From the NCBI GenBank assembly GCA_023247445.1, contig JAHFGL010000002.1, positions 64,553-128,552 of the forward strand: DNA of 64,000 bases, written 5' to 3'. The stretch is from Candidatus Omnitrophota bacterium. GTDB lineage: Bacteria > Omnitrophota > Gorgyraeia > Zapsychrales > Zapsychraceae. Both the position numbers and the translations under genes were made by a program. Position 1 is the stretch's first letter. Every line of letters starts with the position of its first letter. Under the pieces are notes generated by a model that searched no databases, was not told where the DNA came from, and saw only the letters and a program-made list of their open reading frames with translations. Below, piece after piece: positions 9,146-19,900 of this stretch.

Positions 9146-9520
9146 ATGTCGAAAAAGATTTTAGTTGTTGATGATGATGCCTCAACGGTGAAGCTCGTGG
9201 GCACCGTCTTAACGTCACATGGTTACGTTGTTTCAACGGCTGTGGATGGTTTAGACGCACTCGTTAAGATCAAGAATGAAACACCTGATCTGGTCGTTTT
9301 AGATATTATGATGCCCGAGATCAACGGTTATGATGTTTGTTATCAATTGCGTTTTAACAAAGATTTTGAAAAAACCCCCATTGTCCTTATTACTTCACGA
9401 CCTCAGGAGTTAGATGATGAGCTCGGCCGTAAATCGGATATTGAATACGTCCCCAAACCAGTTAATTCAAAACTTCTCCTCGAGAAAATTGAATATCTGT
9501 TATCGAAGCCTAAATCTTAA
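9146..9520 (+). CDS. Single-domain response regulator (CheY-like)
   Basis: KILVVDDD, PDLVVLDIMMPEING, VLITS, VPKP. Confidence 0.92.
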   Translation: MSKKILVVDDDASTVKLVGTVLTSHGYVVSTAVDGLDALVKIKNETPDLVVLDIMMPEINGYDVCYQLRFNKDFEKTPIVLITSRPQELDDELGRKSDIEYVPKPVNSKLLLEKIEYLLSKPKS

Positions 9521-9550
9521 AATTAATTATTTCTCATCTTCACTTAACCC

Positions 9551-10261
9551 ATGATTATTGTTGAAAGTTTAGTTAAGAATTTTGGATCATTTCCTGCGCT
9601 ACGCAATGTTTCCTTTGAAATCAAAAAGGGAGAGATCGTCGGGTTTCTTGGTCAAAATGGCGCGGGCAAAACAACGCTCATGCGGATTTTGACATCGTAT
9701 CTTCTGCCTTCATCAGGAAAAGTGACGGTAGGTGGCTACGATGTTGTTCGGAATTCTTTGGCTCTTCGCCAAAAAATTGGCTATCTTCCTGAGACACCGC
9801 CTCTTTATTTAGATATGACCACCCGAGACTATTTGCGATTTGCTGCGCAGCTTAAGAATATTCCTGCAGCCCGAGAGCGCCTGCAAATTGATAAAGTTCT
9901 TGAGGAGTGTGATCTTAAAGACGTTGCCAATAAAACTATTGGGATTCTTTCAAAAGGGTTTAAGCAACGAATCGGCATTGCTCAGGCGATTATTAATGAC
10001 CCGGAAGTCCTTATTTTGGATGAGCCCACGAACGGATTAGACCCTATCCAAATCCTTCAAGTGCGTAAACTGATCAAAAATTTAGAACATAAACAAACCG
10101 TCATTTTAAGCACACATATCCTTTCTGAGATACAGCAGATCGCTCAACGTGTCTTGATTATTAAGGCGGGATCTGTCGTTGCTGATGACCTGCTTCCTAA
10201 CTTGTTAAAAAAAGAGAATCAAACGAGTTTAGAAAATGTGTTTTTAAAATTAACATCGTAG
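9551..10261 (+). CDS. ABC-2 ATP-binding protein (GldA-like)
   Basis: GQNGAGKTT, LSKGFKQR, ILDEPTNGLDP, STH. Confidence 0.92.
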   Translation: MIIVESLVKNFGSFPALRNVSFEIKKGEIVGFLGQNGAGKTTLMRILTSYLLPSSGKVTVGGYDVVRNSLALRQKIGYLPETPPLYLDMTTRDYLRFAAQLKNIPAARERLQIDKVLEECDLKDVANKTIGILSKGFKQRIGIAQAIINDPEVLILDEPTNGLDPIQILQVRKLIKNLEHKQTVILSTHILSEIQQIAQRVLIIKAGSVVADDLLPNLLKKENQTSLENVFLKLTS

Positions 10262-10285
10262 TGGTTCGACTTTGCTCACCACAAG
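10262..10285 (+). repeat. Short intergenic repeat fragment (TGGTTCGAC...GCTCACCA type)
   Basis: tggttcgactttgctcaccacaag; its reverse complement occurs split at 54600-54638 (tggtgagcga...gtcgaacca). Confidence 0.5.
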
Positions 10286-10295
10286 GAAACTCTCC

Positions 10296-11006
10296 ATGAA
10301 TAAAATATTTGCCATCGCCGCCAAAGAACTCAAAGCCTATTTCAAATCACCCATTGCGTATATTGTTCTTATCATCACCATTTCCATTTTTAATTTATTC
10401 TTTTTTATGGTCATTGATGAAAATAGAGAGTCGACACTGCGCGATATCTTTAAAGTCATGGAATTTTTGTTTGTTTTTATTGTCCCGCTTTTAACCATGC
10501 GGATTTTTGCTGAGGAAAAATCAACTGGGACGATGGAGTTTCTAATGACAACACCAACTTCAAACACGGTGATTGTGTTTGGTAAATATCTGGGCAGTTT
10601 ACTCTTTTTTAGTTTAATTATTGGATTTAGTTTTAGTTATTACTTGATCATCGAGTATTTTGGTCATCCGGATCGGGCGGCAACATTTTTGGGTTATTTG
10701 GGTCTTTGGTTAGAAGGGGCGATGTTTATCGCCATCGGCCTTATGACCTCCTCGTGGAGCCGTAATCAAATTGTTTCCGCCATGTGCACCTATGTCATTT
10801 TAATTTTCTTATATTTTGCGATTGGTTTTATTAAATATGTTTCCACGACTTTAGAGCCTTTGATTCAATATGTGGGCGTCTTGACTCATTCCGAAAATTT
10901 GACCAACGGTGTTTTGGCAACATCTGACATTATTTATTTCGTGAGCATTATTCTTTTCAGTCTTTTTATAACAAGAATTAGCATTGAAAACAGGCTCTGG
11001 CGATGA
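10296..11006 (+). CDS. ABC-2 permease (GldF-like)
   Basis: KELKAYFKSPIAY, PLLTMRIFAEEKSTGTMEFLMTTP, GKYLG; about 6 TM segments; ATG 10296 preferred. Confidence 0.85.
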   Translation: MNKIFAIAAKELKAYFKSPIAYIVLIITISIFNLFFFMVIDENRESTLRDIFKVMEFLFVFIVPLLTMRIFAEEKSTGTMEFLMTTPTSNTVIVFGKYLGSLLFFSLIIGFSFSYYLIIEYFGHPDRAATFLGYLGLWLEGAMFIAIGLMTSSWSRNQIVSAMCTYVILIFLYFAIGFIKYVSTTLEPLIQYVGVLTHSENLTNGVLATSDIIYFVSIILFSLFITRISIENRLWR

Positions 11007-12592
11007 CAAAGAAATCAAAAAACATTCTTTTGTTATTTGTTTTAAGTAGCGTGATCCTGTTTCTTGGACTCGCTGCTTATTATGTCGAACAGCGTGTTTC
11101 ATTCTTTGCGTTGGGTTTTAGCCTTTTAGGGTTATCTTCTTTGATCGTTTGTTTGATTTGTCTTAAAAATGAAGGGCGATTTTCTGTTTTGGCTGGGCGT
11201 GGGCGACAGTTTTATTTGCTCATTATTTTTATCGGCCTTTTATCTATTTTGTGGGTACAGATCAACTGCCTGGGTTATTATTACAATCGTCGCTTTGATC
11301 TGACAAAATTTAAACAGCACACCCTTACAGAAGAGTCAAAAGATGTTATCAATGAACTCAAGCAAAATATTAAAGTGACTGCTTTTTATGTCGGGATATC
11401 GCCCAAATATTTAGAAGATCTTTTAAAGGAATACGAAGGCGCTGCCCAAGGAAAGATTACAACCGAGATTATTGATCCGCTTGTTCAAATTAGTTATGCC
11501 GCGCAATTTGGCAACGTGATTAGCGGGCAAGAAAGAAAAGTGATTATCCAGTCCGGGAAAGAACGCCGTGATGTTGAGTTTAGCGATGAGACGCCTTTAA
11601 CCGAAGAGGAGCTTAATAATGCCATTATTCGTGTAACACGCAAAGCTCGTCATGCTTACTTTTTTATGGGGCATGGAGAATATTCTTTTATGGATGAATC
11701 CGACACCGGGCTAAGTACGATAGCGAAGCTGTTACTTGCGAATAATGTTATTAGTCATCGACTCCTTTTAGGTGTTGATAAGAAAATTCCGAATGATTGT
11801 GATGTTCTCGTTATCCCTGGGCCTAAGCAAGAATTGTCCGTTGATGAAGAAAAAATAATTAATGAATATTTAGAGAAGGGTGGTGATGCTTTATTTTTAA
11901 TTGAGAATGTTGTTGTGACAACGCCGGATGTTCCTTTAACAGAGGATCAGCGTTATAAGAATCCTTCTCTTAATAGTATCCTCAATAAATGGGGTGTAAA
12001 GATTGGCGATGATATTGTTGTTGATTTGGCGAATCATGCGGGTGATGATGTTGGTTCACCAGCGACGCGTAACTATGTTTCACACAAAGCGATGATTAAG
12101 AATTTGGATTATACCTTTTATGTTCGTCCACGATCGATTTCACTACTGAGCAATCGGCGCCCAACATTAAAAGCAGCTCCGTTTGTTTTAACTTCTTCCA
12201 AAGAAACAAGCTGGGGCGAGACTAATCGTCATCTCGAGGTTAAGTATGATGAGGGAATTGATCGGCCAGGTCCTGTTGCGATTTCTTATGTTATTTGGAA
12301 ACCTAAAGAGAAGGATGGTCATTCAGATACACGCACCATTGTTTTTACCGACGCAGATTTTCTGACGAATATTTATATTGATCAATATAGTAACGCCCAG
12401 ATGGGACTCAACGTGATTAACTGGTTAACAGAGATGGACTACAAAGTTTTAAGGAATAAAAAAGAAATGAAAGTAGAGCGCCTGGATTTAACGAGTCAAC
12501 AGAGGCGCGTGGTTGTTGTTATCCTTTGGGTGATTCCTTGTGCGATCTTAATGATCGGGCTTATGGTTTGGATGAAACAAAGAATTGAGTAG
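11003..12592 (+). CDS. GldG-like ABC transporter auxiliary/extracytoplasmic component
   Basis: 3 N-terminal TM segments, RFDLT...TLT, YFFMGHGE, CDVLVIPGP, DADFLTN...NWL, C-terminal TM. Confidence 0.8.
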   Translation: MTKKSKNILLLFVLSSVILFLGLAAYYVEQRVSFFALGFSLLGLSSLIVCLICLKNEGRFSVLAGRGRQFYLLIIFIGLLSILWVQINCLGYYYNRRFDLTKFKQHTLTEESKDVINELKQNIKVTAFYVGISPKYLEDLLKEYEGAAQGKITTEIIDPLVQISYAAQFGNVISGQERKVIIQSGKERRDVEFSDETPLTEEELNNAIIRVTRKARHAYFFMGHGEYSFMDESDTGLSTIAKLLLANNVISHRLLLGVDKKIPNDCDVLVIPGPKQELSVDEEKIINEYLEKGGDALFLIENVVVTTPDVPLTEDQRYKNPSLNSILNKWGVKIGDDIVVDLANHAGDDVGSPATRNYVSHKAMIKNLDYTFYVRPRSISLLSNRRPTLKAAPFVLTSSKETSWGETNRHLEVKYDEGIDRPGPVAISYVIWKPKEKDGHSDTRTIVFTDADFLTNIYIDQYSNAQMGLNVINWLTEMDYKVLRNKKEMKVERLDLTSQQRRVVVVILWVIPCAILMIGLMVWMKQRIE

Positions 12593-12841
12593 GAAAAAGA
12601 TTGTTTGATGCTATTTATCGCCACCGCTCTGGTGGCTTTATTTTTAAAGTCAATTTTTTGAATAGCTAATTATTTGTTTCCATAATAAAAAATTATTGAT
12701 TCCTGATGGAATACATGGGGTCTGTAACTTGTCTATTTACAGCATGTTGTGATAATTAAAGATTATTTAGGTTCCTTCGTGAAAAAAAAGAAAACCTTTT
12801 CCTGTGAAAACTGGCCACAGCTAGGTCGTAGATGGCAACTG

Positions 12842-12850
12842 TGATATACT
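12842..12850 (+). promoter_or_regulatory. Putative extended -10 promoter
   Basis: TG-a-TATACT upstream of a long structured leader. Confidence 0.4.
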
Positions 12851-12949
12851 TTCACCAGAGGGTTAAGAAAAAACAAGGAAGTTAGAAAAGGAAAATAAAA
12901 GGAATGTAGTAAGAGCGTATCAAACTTAAAATTAGATTTCAGTAAACTT

Positions 12950-12997
12950 AAATCCAGATGCGCTCCGTAGTGGGTAGAGGGTCATCTGGATTTTTTT
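12950..12997 (+). terminator. Intrinsic terminator within a 5' leader (attenuator-like)
   Basis: aaatccagatg...catctggattt stem followed by a T-run, about 65 nt before ATG 13064. Confidence 0.65.
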
Positions 12998-13063
12998 ATA
13001 GCTTTTATCAAAATACTTCAGTCGGCAATCAAACCCGACTGATGAAGAAAGGAGGGGATCAAA

Positions 13064-13741
13064 ATGAGATACGACACCTTAATAATTGAACCACTTAGGG
13101 AAATGTTAGTTAGAGTAGCTGGTTTTATCCCCACTTTGTTCATCGCTCTTGGTATCCTAATTGTCGGCTGGGGGGTTGTTAAAATCTTTAGCAACCTGTT
13201 TACTCGATTCTTACATAGAATCGGGTTTGACACCTTAATCGACTCAATTGGGTTAACCAAGTTCTTACGAACAGGTGGATTAAAACATAAACCCAGCGAA
13301 CTGTTAGGCTGCATCACGTATTCGATCTTGATGGTTATGGTATTAATTATGACCGTCAAATCGTTTGGCTTAACAGTTGTTTCTGAGCTCGTAGACACAA
13401 TCTTGGCCTACATACCAAATGTTGTTTCAGGGGTTGTTACCTTGATTATTGGTATGGTGATTGCTCGATTTGTCTCAGCGCTTGTGTATATCACGGCTAA
13501 AAATACTGATATGCCAAGCCCAGCGACGTTAAGCCGCTTGAGCAAATTAGCGATCATGGCTTATGTTGTGATTCTATTCCTTAAGCAAATCGGCTTTGTC
13601 TCATTATTTGTCGATGGTAATTTTACTGTTATGACAACAGGTATCGTTTTTGCCTTAAGCTTGGCCTTCGGTCTTGCTGGCAAAGATGTTGCAGGTCGAT
13701 ACTTGGATGTATTTAACATTAAAAAAGCCCATCATAAATAG
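13064..13741 (+). CDS. TM_helix-repeat membrane protein (CmpX/MscS N-terminal-like)
   Basis: Two repeats F/YIP.l..al.ILIVG..va; C-terminal ALSLAFGLAGKDVA; strong SD aaggagg. Confidence 0.75.
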   Translation: MRYDTLIIEPLREMLVRVAGFIPTLFIALGILIVGWGVVKIFSNLFTRFLHRIGFDTLIDSIGLTKFLRTGGLKHKPSELLGCITYSILMVMVLIMTVKSFGLTVVSELVDTILAYIPNVVSGVVTLIIGMVIARFVSALVYITAKNTDMPSPATLSRLSKLAIMAYVVILFLKQIGFVSLFVDGNFTVMTTGIVFALSLAFGLAGKDVAGRYLDVFNIKKAHHK

Positions 13742-13760
13742 TGAGCAAGTGATGGTTCCT

Positions 13761-13793
13761 GAGGGCTGCTAGAAATGGCAGCCCTCATTTTTT
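13761..13793 (+). terminator. Intrinsic terminator
   Basis: gagggctgct-agaaat-ggcagccctc followed by atttttt. Confidence 0.75.
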
Positions 13794-13910
13794 GTCCCTC
13801 CAAGAAACCGTTTTCCCCAACACCTCGTTTGAGCCTTGTTTCACTGTCTTTATATGGCATATTTATTGTGTGGGTTTATGTTCATATGAATAAAGAGGAG
13901 CATTGGGGGA

Positions 13911-16900
13911 ATGCAAAGACTATATATTATAGAGAAGAGTACCAAGCGTCTTTGGACCCGTTTTATATCTGCTTTTGTCGTTTTTGCCTTTAGCATCAAT
14001 GTTATTATTCCGCCAAGTTACGCGCAATCAACTCCCACACTTTTAAATTTACCTGCGCCGGGAACTATGGTCATGACGACCCCAATCTATCATCCTGCTT
14101 TGGTCAAAGGGCTCATGATTTATCCAGACAATCCGCTTAAATTTGATTTTATTATTGATAAAGGCGACACCAAGCTTTCCGATGAAGATTTCAAAAAAGA
14201 ATCGACCAAGTTAATTAAATATTTCTTGGCGTCGTTGACGACCCCAGAAAAAGAGATGTGGGTGAATCTTTCTCCGTATGAAAAAGACCGCATTATTCCG
14301 CAAGGCTTTGGCCAGACGGAAATGGGCCGCGACATGTTGGCGCAAGATTATTTGCTTAAACAATTATCTGCATCGTTAATGTATCCCGAAGGTGATTTGG
14401 GAAAATCGTTTTGGGATCGGGTGTATAAGAAAGCGAAAGAGAAATTTAATACAACCGATATCCCGATGAATACTTTTAACAAGATTTGGATCGTTCCGGA
14501 AAAGGCACTGGTGTATGAACATGAAAAGGGCGCGTTTGTGGTTAAATCGCATTTAAAGGTTATGCTTGAGGAGGATTATCTGGCGCTTGAGGCCAATAAA
14601 AATTCCACGAAGCACGGCTTGGGTGATGTGAAGAGAGAAGATCTGAAAGTTATTAGCGGCGTGCAGTCGCAAGTTGTTAGAGAAGTTCTGATCCCTGAGA
14701 TTGAGAAGGAAGTTAATGAAGGCAAAACTTTCGCGAACTTAAGACAGATTTTTAATTCGGTTATCTTGGCGAGCTGGTACAAACAGGCCTTAAAAGAAAG
14801 TTTGCTTGGCAAATTTTACGTGGATAAAAGTAAAAACAAGGGTATTGAGGTTGAGGATAAGCAGATTAATCAAAAGATTTATGATCAATATGTCGCGGCT
14901 TTTAAAAAGGGTGTGTACGACTATATTAAAGAAGATTACGATCCGAATACACAGCAGATCATTCCTCGAAAATATTTTTCGGGTGGAGTTGTTGCCGCTG
15001 TAGGGGTTGATACAACTGATGCTAATGATAAGGCAACATCAGAAGCTGTTGCTGATGCTGTTGCGGATCTTGCTGACCCAACCCAAGGCGCTACAGTAAC
15101 AACAACATTGGGTTCCGTTGGCAGTCAGATCACAGAAGGTCAAGATGCTATTACGACATTTTTTGCGAAACCTCGAAGTCGTCGAGATTTTGGCCGAGGA
15201 TCTTTGTTGGCTGCTGCTGTGGCTGCTTTTGGTAGTGGAGTTCTTAGTCGTCGCGCTTCTGCTACAGAAACACAGCAAGTAACTGTTAAAAGTGATATTG
15301 TGCAATGGGTTAATTTTGAGAAAGAAGGAATTGCCGTTGATCCTGTTGTTAGTCAATTAATGGATCGTGCCAAGATTCAAGGTCAAACCGTTGCCATTGT
15401 CCGTAGTTTACCGGCATGGAAACGGTTAATGAATGATTGGAAGGCAGATGCGGGATTTCCAGCACCTCCTTTTGGTGTGAGAACTCAAATCCCCGGAGGA
15501 AGACTCGCCCTTGTTCTTGCCTATGCGCCTATGATGGGCAATGGAGAATATGATTTGTTAGCGCATGAATTATTTCATGAGATTATTGCTTCAAGACAAG
15601 AACCTCAAAGAGGTATTGTTTTTTCTCAAGCACCACTTATTATTAATGATTTTGTAGGAATTATTGAGCAACTACCTCAAAAAGATGCTGTAGCCTTTGA
15701 ACAATTATTGAAATGGATCTATGAAGAATATTTTACGGAATCGGAACGAAGTAAGGGAGGATCGTATTCAATTAAATACTCAATTAAAGGTAACGGTGGA
15801 AGACAAGCTGTAAGTTCTGTTGGCGCCTTTGCCGTCGATGAGCTAATGACTTTCATTTGGCATTGGGGTCAATATGGAAATTTGCCAGGATTACAGGAGA
15901 GATTTGATAAATTAACGCCTGATGAAAAGGCATACTTTAAAAATGTTAGTGGAACGGATCAAAGGATCCGAAGCTTTCTTAATCAAAGCGACCAGAAAAC
16001 AAGAGAAGTTTTTAGAAGATATTTTGAAGATACGCTGCATGTTCCTGTTCCCCGTTTGTTTCAGATAGAGCAAGATCCCGCGATGCTGACGGGGCGAAGT
16101 TTATTGCTAGGAATCGCCTTGAGTGGGTTATTAACTGTGTTTGGAGGTGGATGTTCATCTATGAAAAATAGTCCGCTTACGGCGGCACAACAAGTACAAG
16201 GAATCGTTGACAGTGGAAAAGAAATAAAGATTATATCTCGAGAAGATGCCAAAAAAGAATTTGGAGAATTTTATAATAGAGCTCTAGATGTAGGGAAAAA
16301 AATTACAGACGAAAAGTATGGTCAGGTAATAAACGATGCCAATGATTTAATTGCAACAATAGATGCGAAATTAGCTCAAGGGGGATATACAACAGCAAAA
16401 GGATCAGTAGATGATTTTGAAGGGATCAAAACAGCTCTTAAATATTATAAACTCACAGCGGCGACGGCTATTTTAAAAGCAAATTTAGGTGAACTAAATG
16501 AGTTGGCCAGTAAGGCTTTAGCAGGAGAATTTTTTGCCAAGGCAGGAGATGATCTAGCTAAGGAAGGGAATGGTCCAGCTAGTAAGGAAAAATATGGCGA
16601 GGCTCGTGAAAGTTGGAAAGAAGTCCAAGGAAGAATTGGTGGTCTAATTAACCGTTTAAGTGTAATTGAAGGTGAAAATGTCATTGTCGCTCCTGGTAAA
16701 GGTAGTGCCGCTCCAACCACAGGGCCAGCAGATACTTTTGTTAACCAAGCTAGAGATGCCCAGGAAAGAGCAAGAAAAGGTTTAGAGAAAATTGGCGACG
16801 ACGAAGCGATGTTCAGTGAAAAGGTTGGGTTGGAACTACTTCCTGAGATAGCCGCACATATGAGCGACCCCAATTGGCGTCTGATTGTTGGCCCTGAAGG

Positions 16901-19900
16901 GTTGCTTAAGGTTACAGAAGTTGATCTTGAAAAACAAACAATAACCGTCGTTAGAGAAGGTAACTTGGGGTATTTTTATGTTTCGCGTGGTGGGGATAAT
17001 AGCACGGTCAAGGCACAAAGAGGTCGGCCAACGACAGTCACAGTTAATCAATATTCAAACTTTGCGTTATGGGGCAGTAGGGCCGGATATGAGATGACTA
17101 GAAACAATGCCTTTAGGGCATTTAAAAATCATCGTTGGGTTCCTCATTTGTTTGGGCTAGATGCTATTTATAAACGTTTAGTTGATTCTCCCAAAGCCGA
17201 TTCTATTCTAGAAAAAGTTTTCATCGAAGTTTTCCCAGGACCAGAGCCTATAGGGCAGAAATTAAAAACATTATATGATTCAATATCTTCCAAAACTGTT
17301 TTTCGCACGGAATACAACGATAAAATAAAAGAGATTATTTTGCAGTATTATAGGCAAACAGGAGAGGATCTTATTCGTGCAGGTGTTTTAGAGTCTTTTC
17401 TTAGAGAAGATGCTGATCAAAAAGTTTGGCCGATATTTCATCGAGATGGTGGGACCAATGCAGCGGCCTGGCCATCTATAGGTAATGTCCCTTCGGATGT
17501 TGACTTTTATTTTCGTGAACAAATGTTTAACCAAGGTGTAAACCTTTTGAATAAAGATGAACAAGCAGATCCCATTATTGGATTAAATACTTATTATCCA
17601 ACTTATCGTAATGAGCATAGATCGGATGAATTTAGTCAGAGAATTATTAGGGCTCAAACAGACTTTGAAGAAGGAAGAAGGTTGGCTCAAGAAAATGCGA
17701 GTCGTTTAAAAGATGCCTTAGTGGGACAAGGAATCGATATTAAGGATATTGATTTAATTGTTCCTGTTCCTTCGTTTAAACCCGAAACCAGTCAAGTTGT
17801 TCCCATGACTGATGAATTGTCAAAAGCTCTTAATATTCCAACGAATCCAGCGGCTTTTAAGAAAATCCGTTCAACAGAAAATCAATCAACAATAAGAAAC
17901 CTTTTTGAACGGATTATTAATGTGGTTGGTGCTTTTGAGGCTGATTCACAAGCACTGGCGAATAAGACTGTTCTTATTTTTGATGACAATGTGACGACAA
18001 AAGCTACTTTGTTGGAATTAGCCCGTGTCACCATGGAAGCAGGAGCCAAACGGGTTATTTTAGTGGCTTTGGGAAAAACAATTGAAAAAGATCGTATAGC
18101 TCAAGACGACGCCGCGATGCTGACGGTTGATGAGAAATTTATAACGCAGTTTAACGTTGTTCGTCGTCAGTATTTAAGGGCGATAAGACAGGGAGAGCCA
18201 ACGCATGAGATCCACGATTTAGCTGGGATGGTTATTGAATATATAAAAGGAATTGAAATCCTTTTGGAAGATAAGGCGGCCAAAGGAAATCTCGAGGCCA
18301 AAGTCGCCCTTGATGATTTTCGAGAGATTTTTAATCCCATCGATGATTTGAGATCTCCTGGAGGGAAAGACCGTATCAAAACTAACGAGCCTGAAAGAGA
18401 AGCGGCGGATCGTGAATTTATTATTGAATTTCAATCAAATATAAGATTAAAACAAGTACTGAGAAACATTGAATCTAAACTTTTGGGTGAAGATATTGCG
18501 CGAGCGGCGGGGCTCGATCAAAAAGGGCAAGTCATGTTGGAGAGATATGTGGAAATATTGGCGGCACTCAATAATAAGAGTCTTACTGAAAGCATCGACC
18601 GTTTTGAGCGCGAGACAGATCAAGATGTCCTTGGTCTATTTAATAGAACCCAACCCATTTTGTTCGCTATTTTGCAAGATCCTTTGGAGAAACAGGCCAA
18701 AACGATTACTTCATTAGATGAATTCCTTCGGTTAAGTGATGAAATTCGATATCAATTAAATATGAACGCTTCGCGTGATTTCTTGAGCGCCGCTGAGATC
18801 GCAGATGTAGAGGCGGATAAAAAAGATTTAGGATGGTTACGACAAAGACGTTTTGGACTCTCGCAGACTCAAGGAAAGCTGCGATCTAAAGCTGGCGATT
18901 CAGGGAGAGTTACGGATAATATTGAAATTATTGATGCATCGATCGTTCGTCTTGGTGGAAATTTGGATGACTTTGCGATGTTGACCAATGCAGTTGCGAT
19001 CGCTCAAGAAGCCCTGGATCGACTTAAGAAGGAAACATCAAAAGGGCTTAAGCCACCTTTAGTTATTTTAAGTATTGGTGATGAGGAGACAATCGCAGAT
19101 TACGAGCTTTCATTTAGTAACTTTAGAGATAGAGTTAAAGACGTTGAGAATCTTCTCTCTCGTTTATTGCTAGAGATTGAAAAAGCACCTGTTACATTAG
19201 TGGGCAACATTCAACTTTTAAGCGATGTGGATTTAGATTTTTCTATCATGGAAGAATCTTTAGAAAAAATACGAGATTTAACCGAAACACTCCGTGGAGG
19301 CGAGGGAAGGTTTAATCCTGTCATGGTTGAGCATGTGGCTAATTCAATAAGTGGAGAAATACTATTCGGGCGAGATCAAGTCAACTCATCGCCAGCGCAG
19401 TTATTAAGGGCACTGCGTGAGCTGATAAAATGTTTAGAAATAAAAATAGTGCAAAAATATGAAGCTTTACCAGCATCTGAAAAAATGGTGTTCCCAAAAG
19501 AAGCTATTAGAGAACAACTAGCTCAAACCCGTATAACTTTCTTTATTGACGATTTTATGGAGAAACTAAATATTCCGATTAGACAAAAAGCAGAGCTTGT
19601 AAGATTCTTTCGTGAATTAGGGCTAAACGAGGTCGAAGAGGAGACGTTGCCGGGAACGGGTCTTTGGGAGAATTTGTACAGTAATGCATTGTTTAAGCCA
19701 AAGTTGATGCCGATAGTTTTACACAAAAAATATCCATATTACCACGACTTCGTCGCTGATCCTGGTTATACTGTAAGCGTGCGGGACGCTCGTGGACTTG
19801 AGATTATATCGATGAAAAGAAATGGCACAGGTCAAGTAACAATAAACAATGGAGAGCAATTAACGGCTCGAGCTCGGCCCTTTAGAAGTCCTGCCAGTGA

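Noticed and set aside
9551-12592. Gliding motility system from the GldA/F/G similarity
   Set aside because: These ABC modules are widespread outside gliding bacteria, and no gldK-N or T9SS genes are present in the window
13775-13993. 72-aa ORF upstream of the giant gene
   Set aside because: Starts inside a terminator hairpin, overlaps the giant ORF and has no motif
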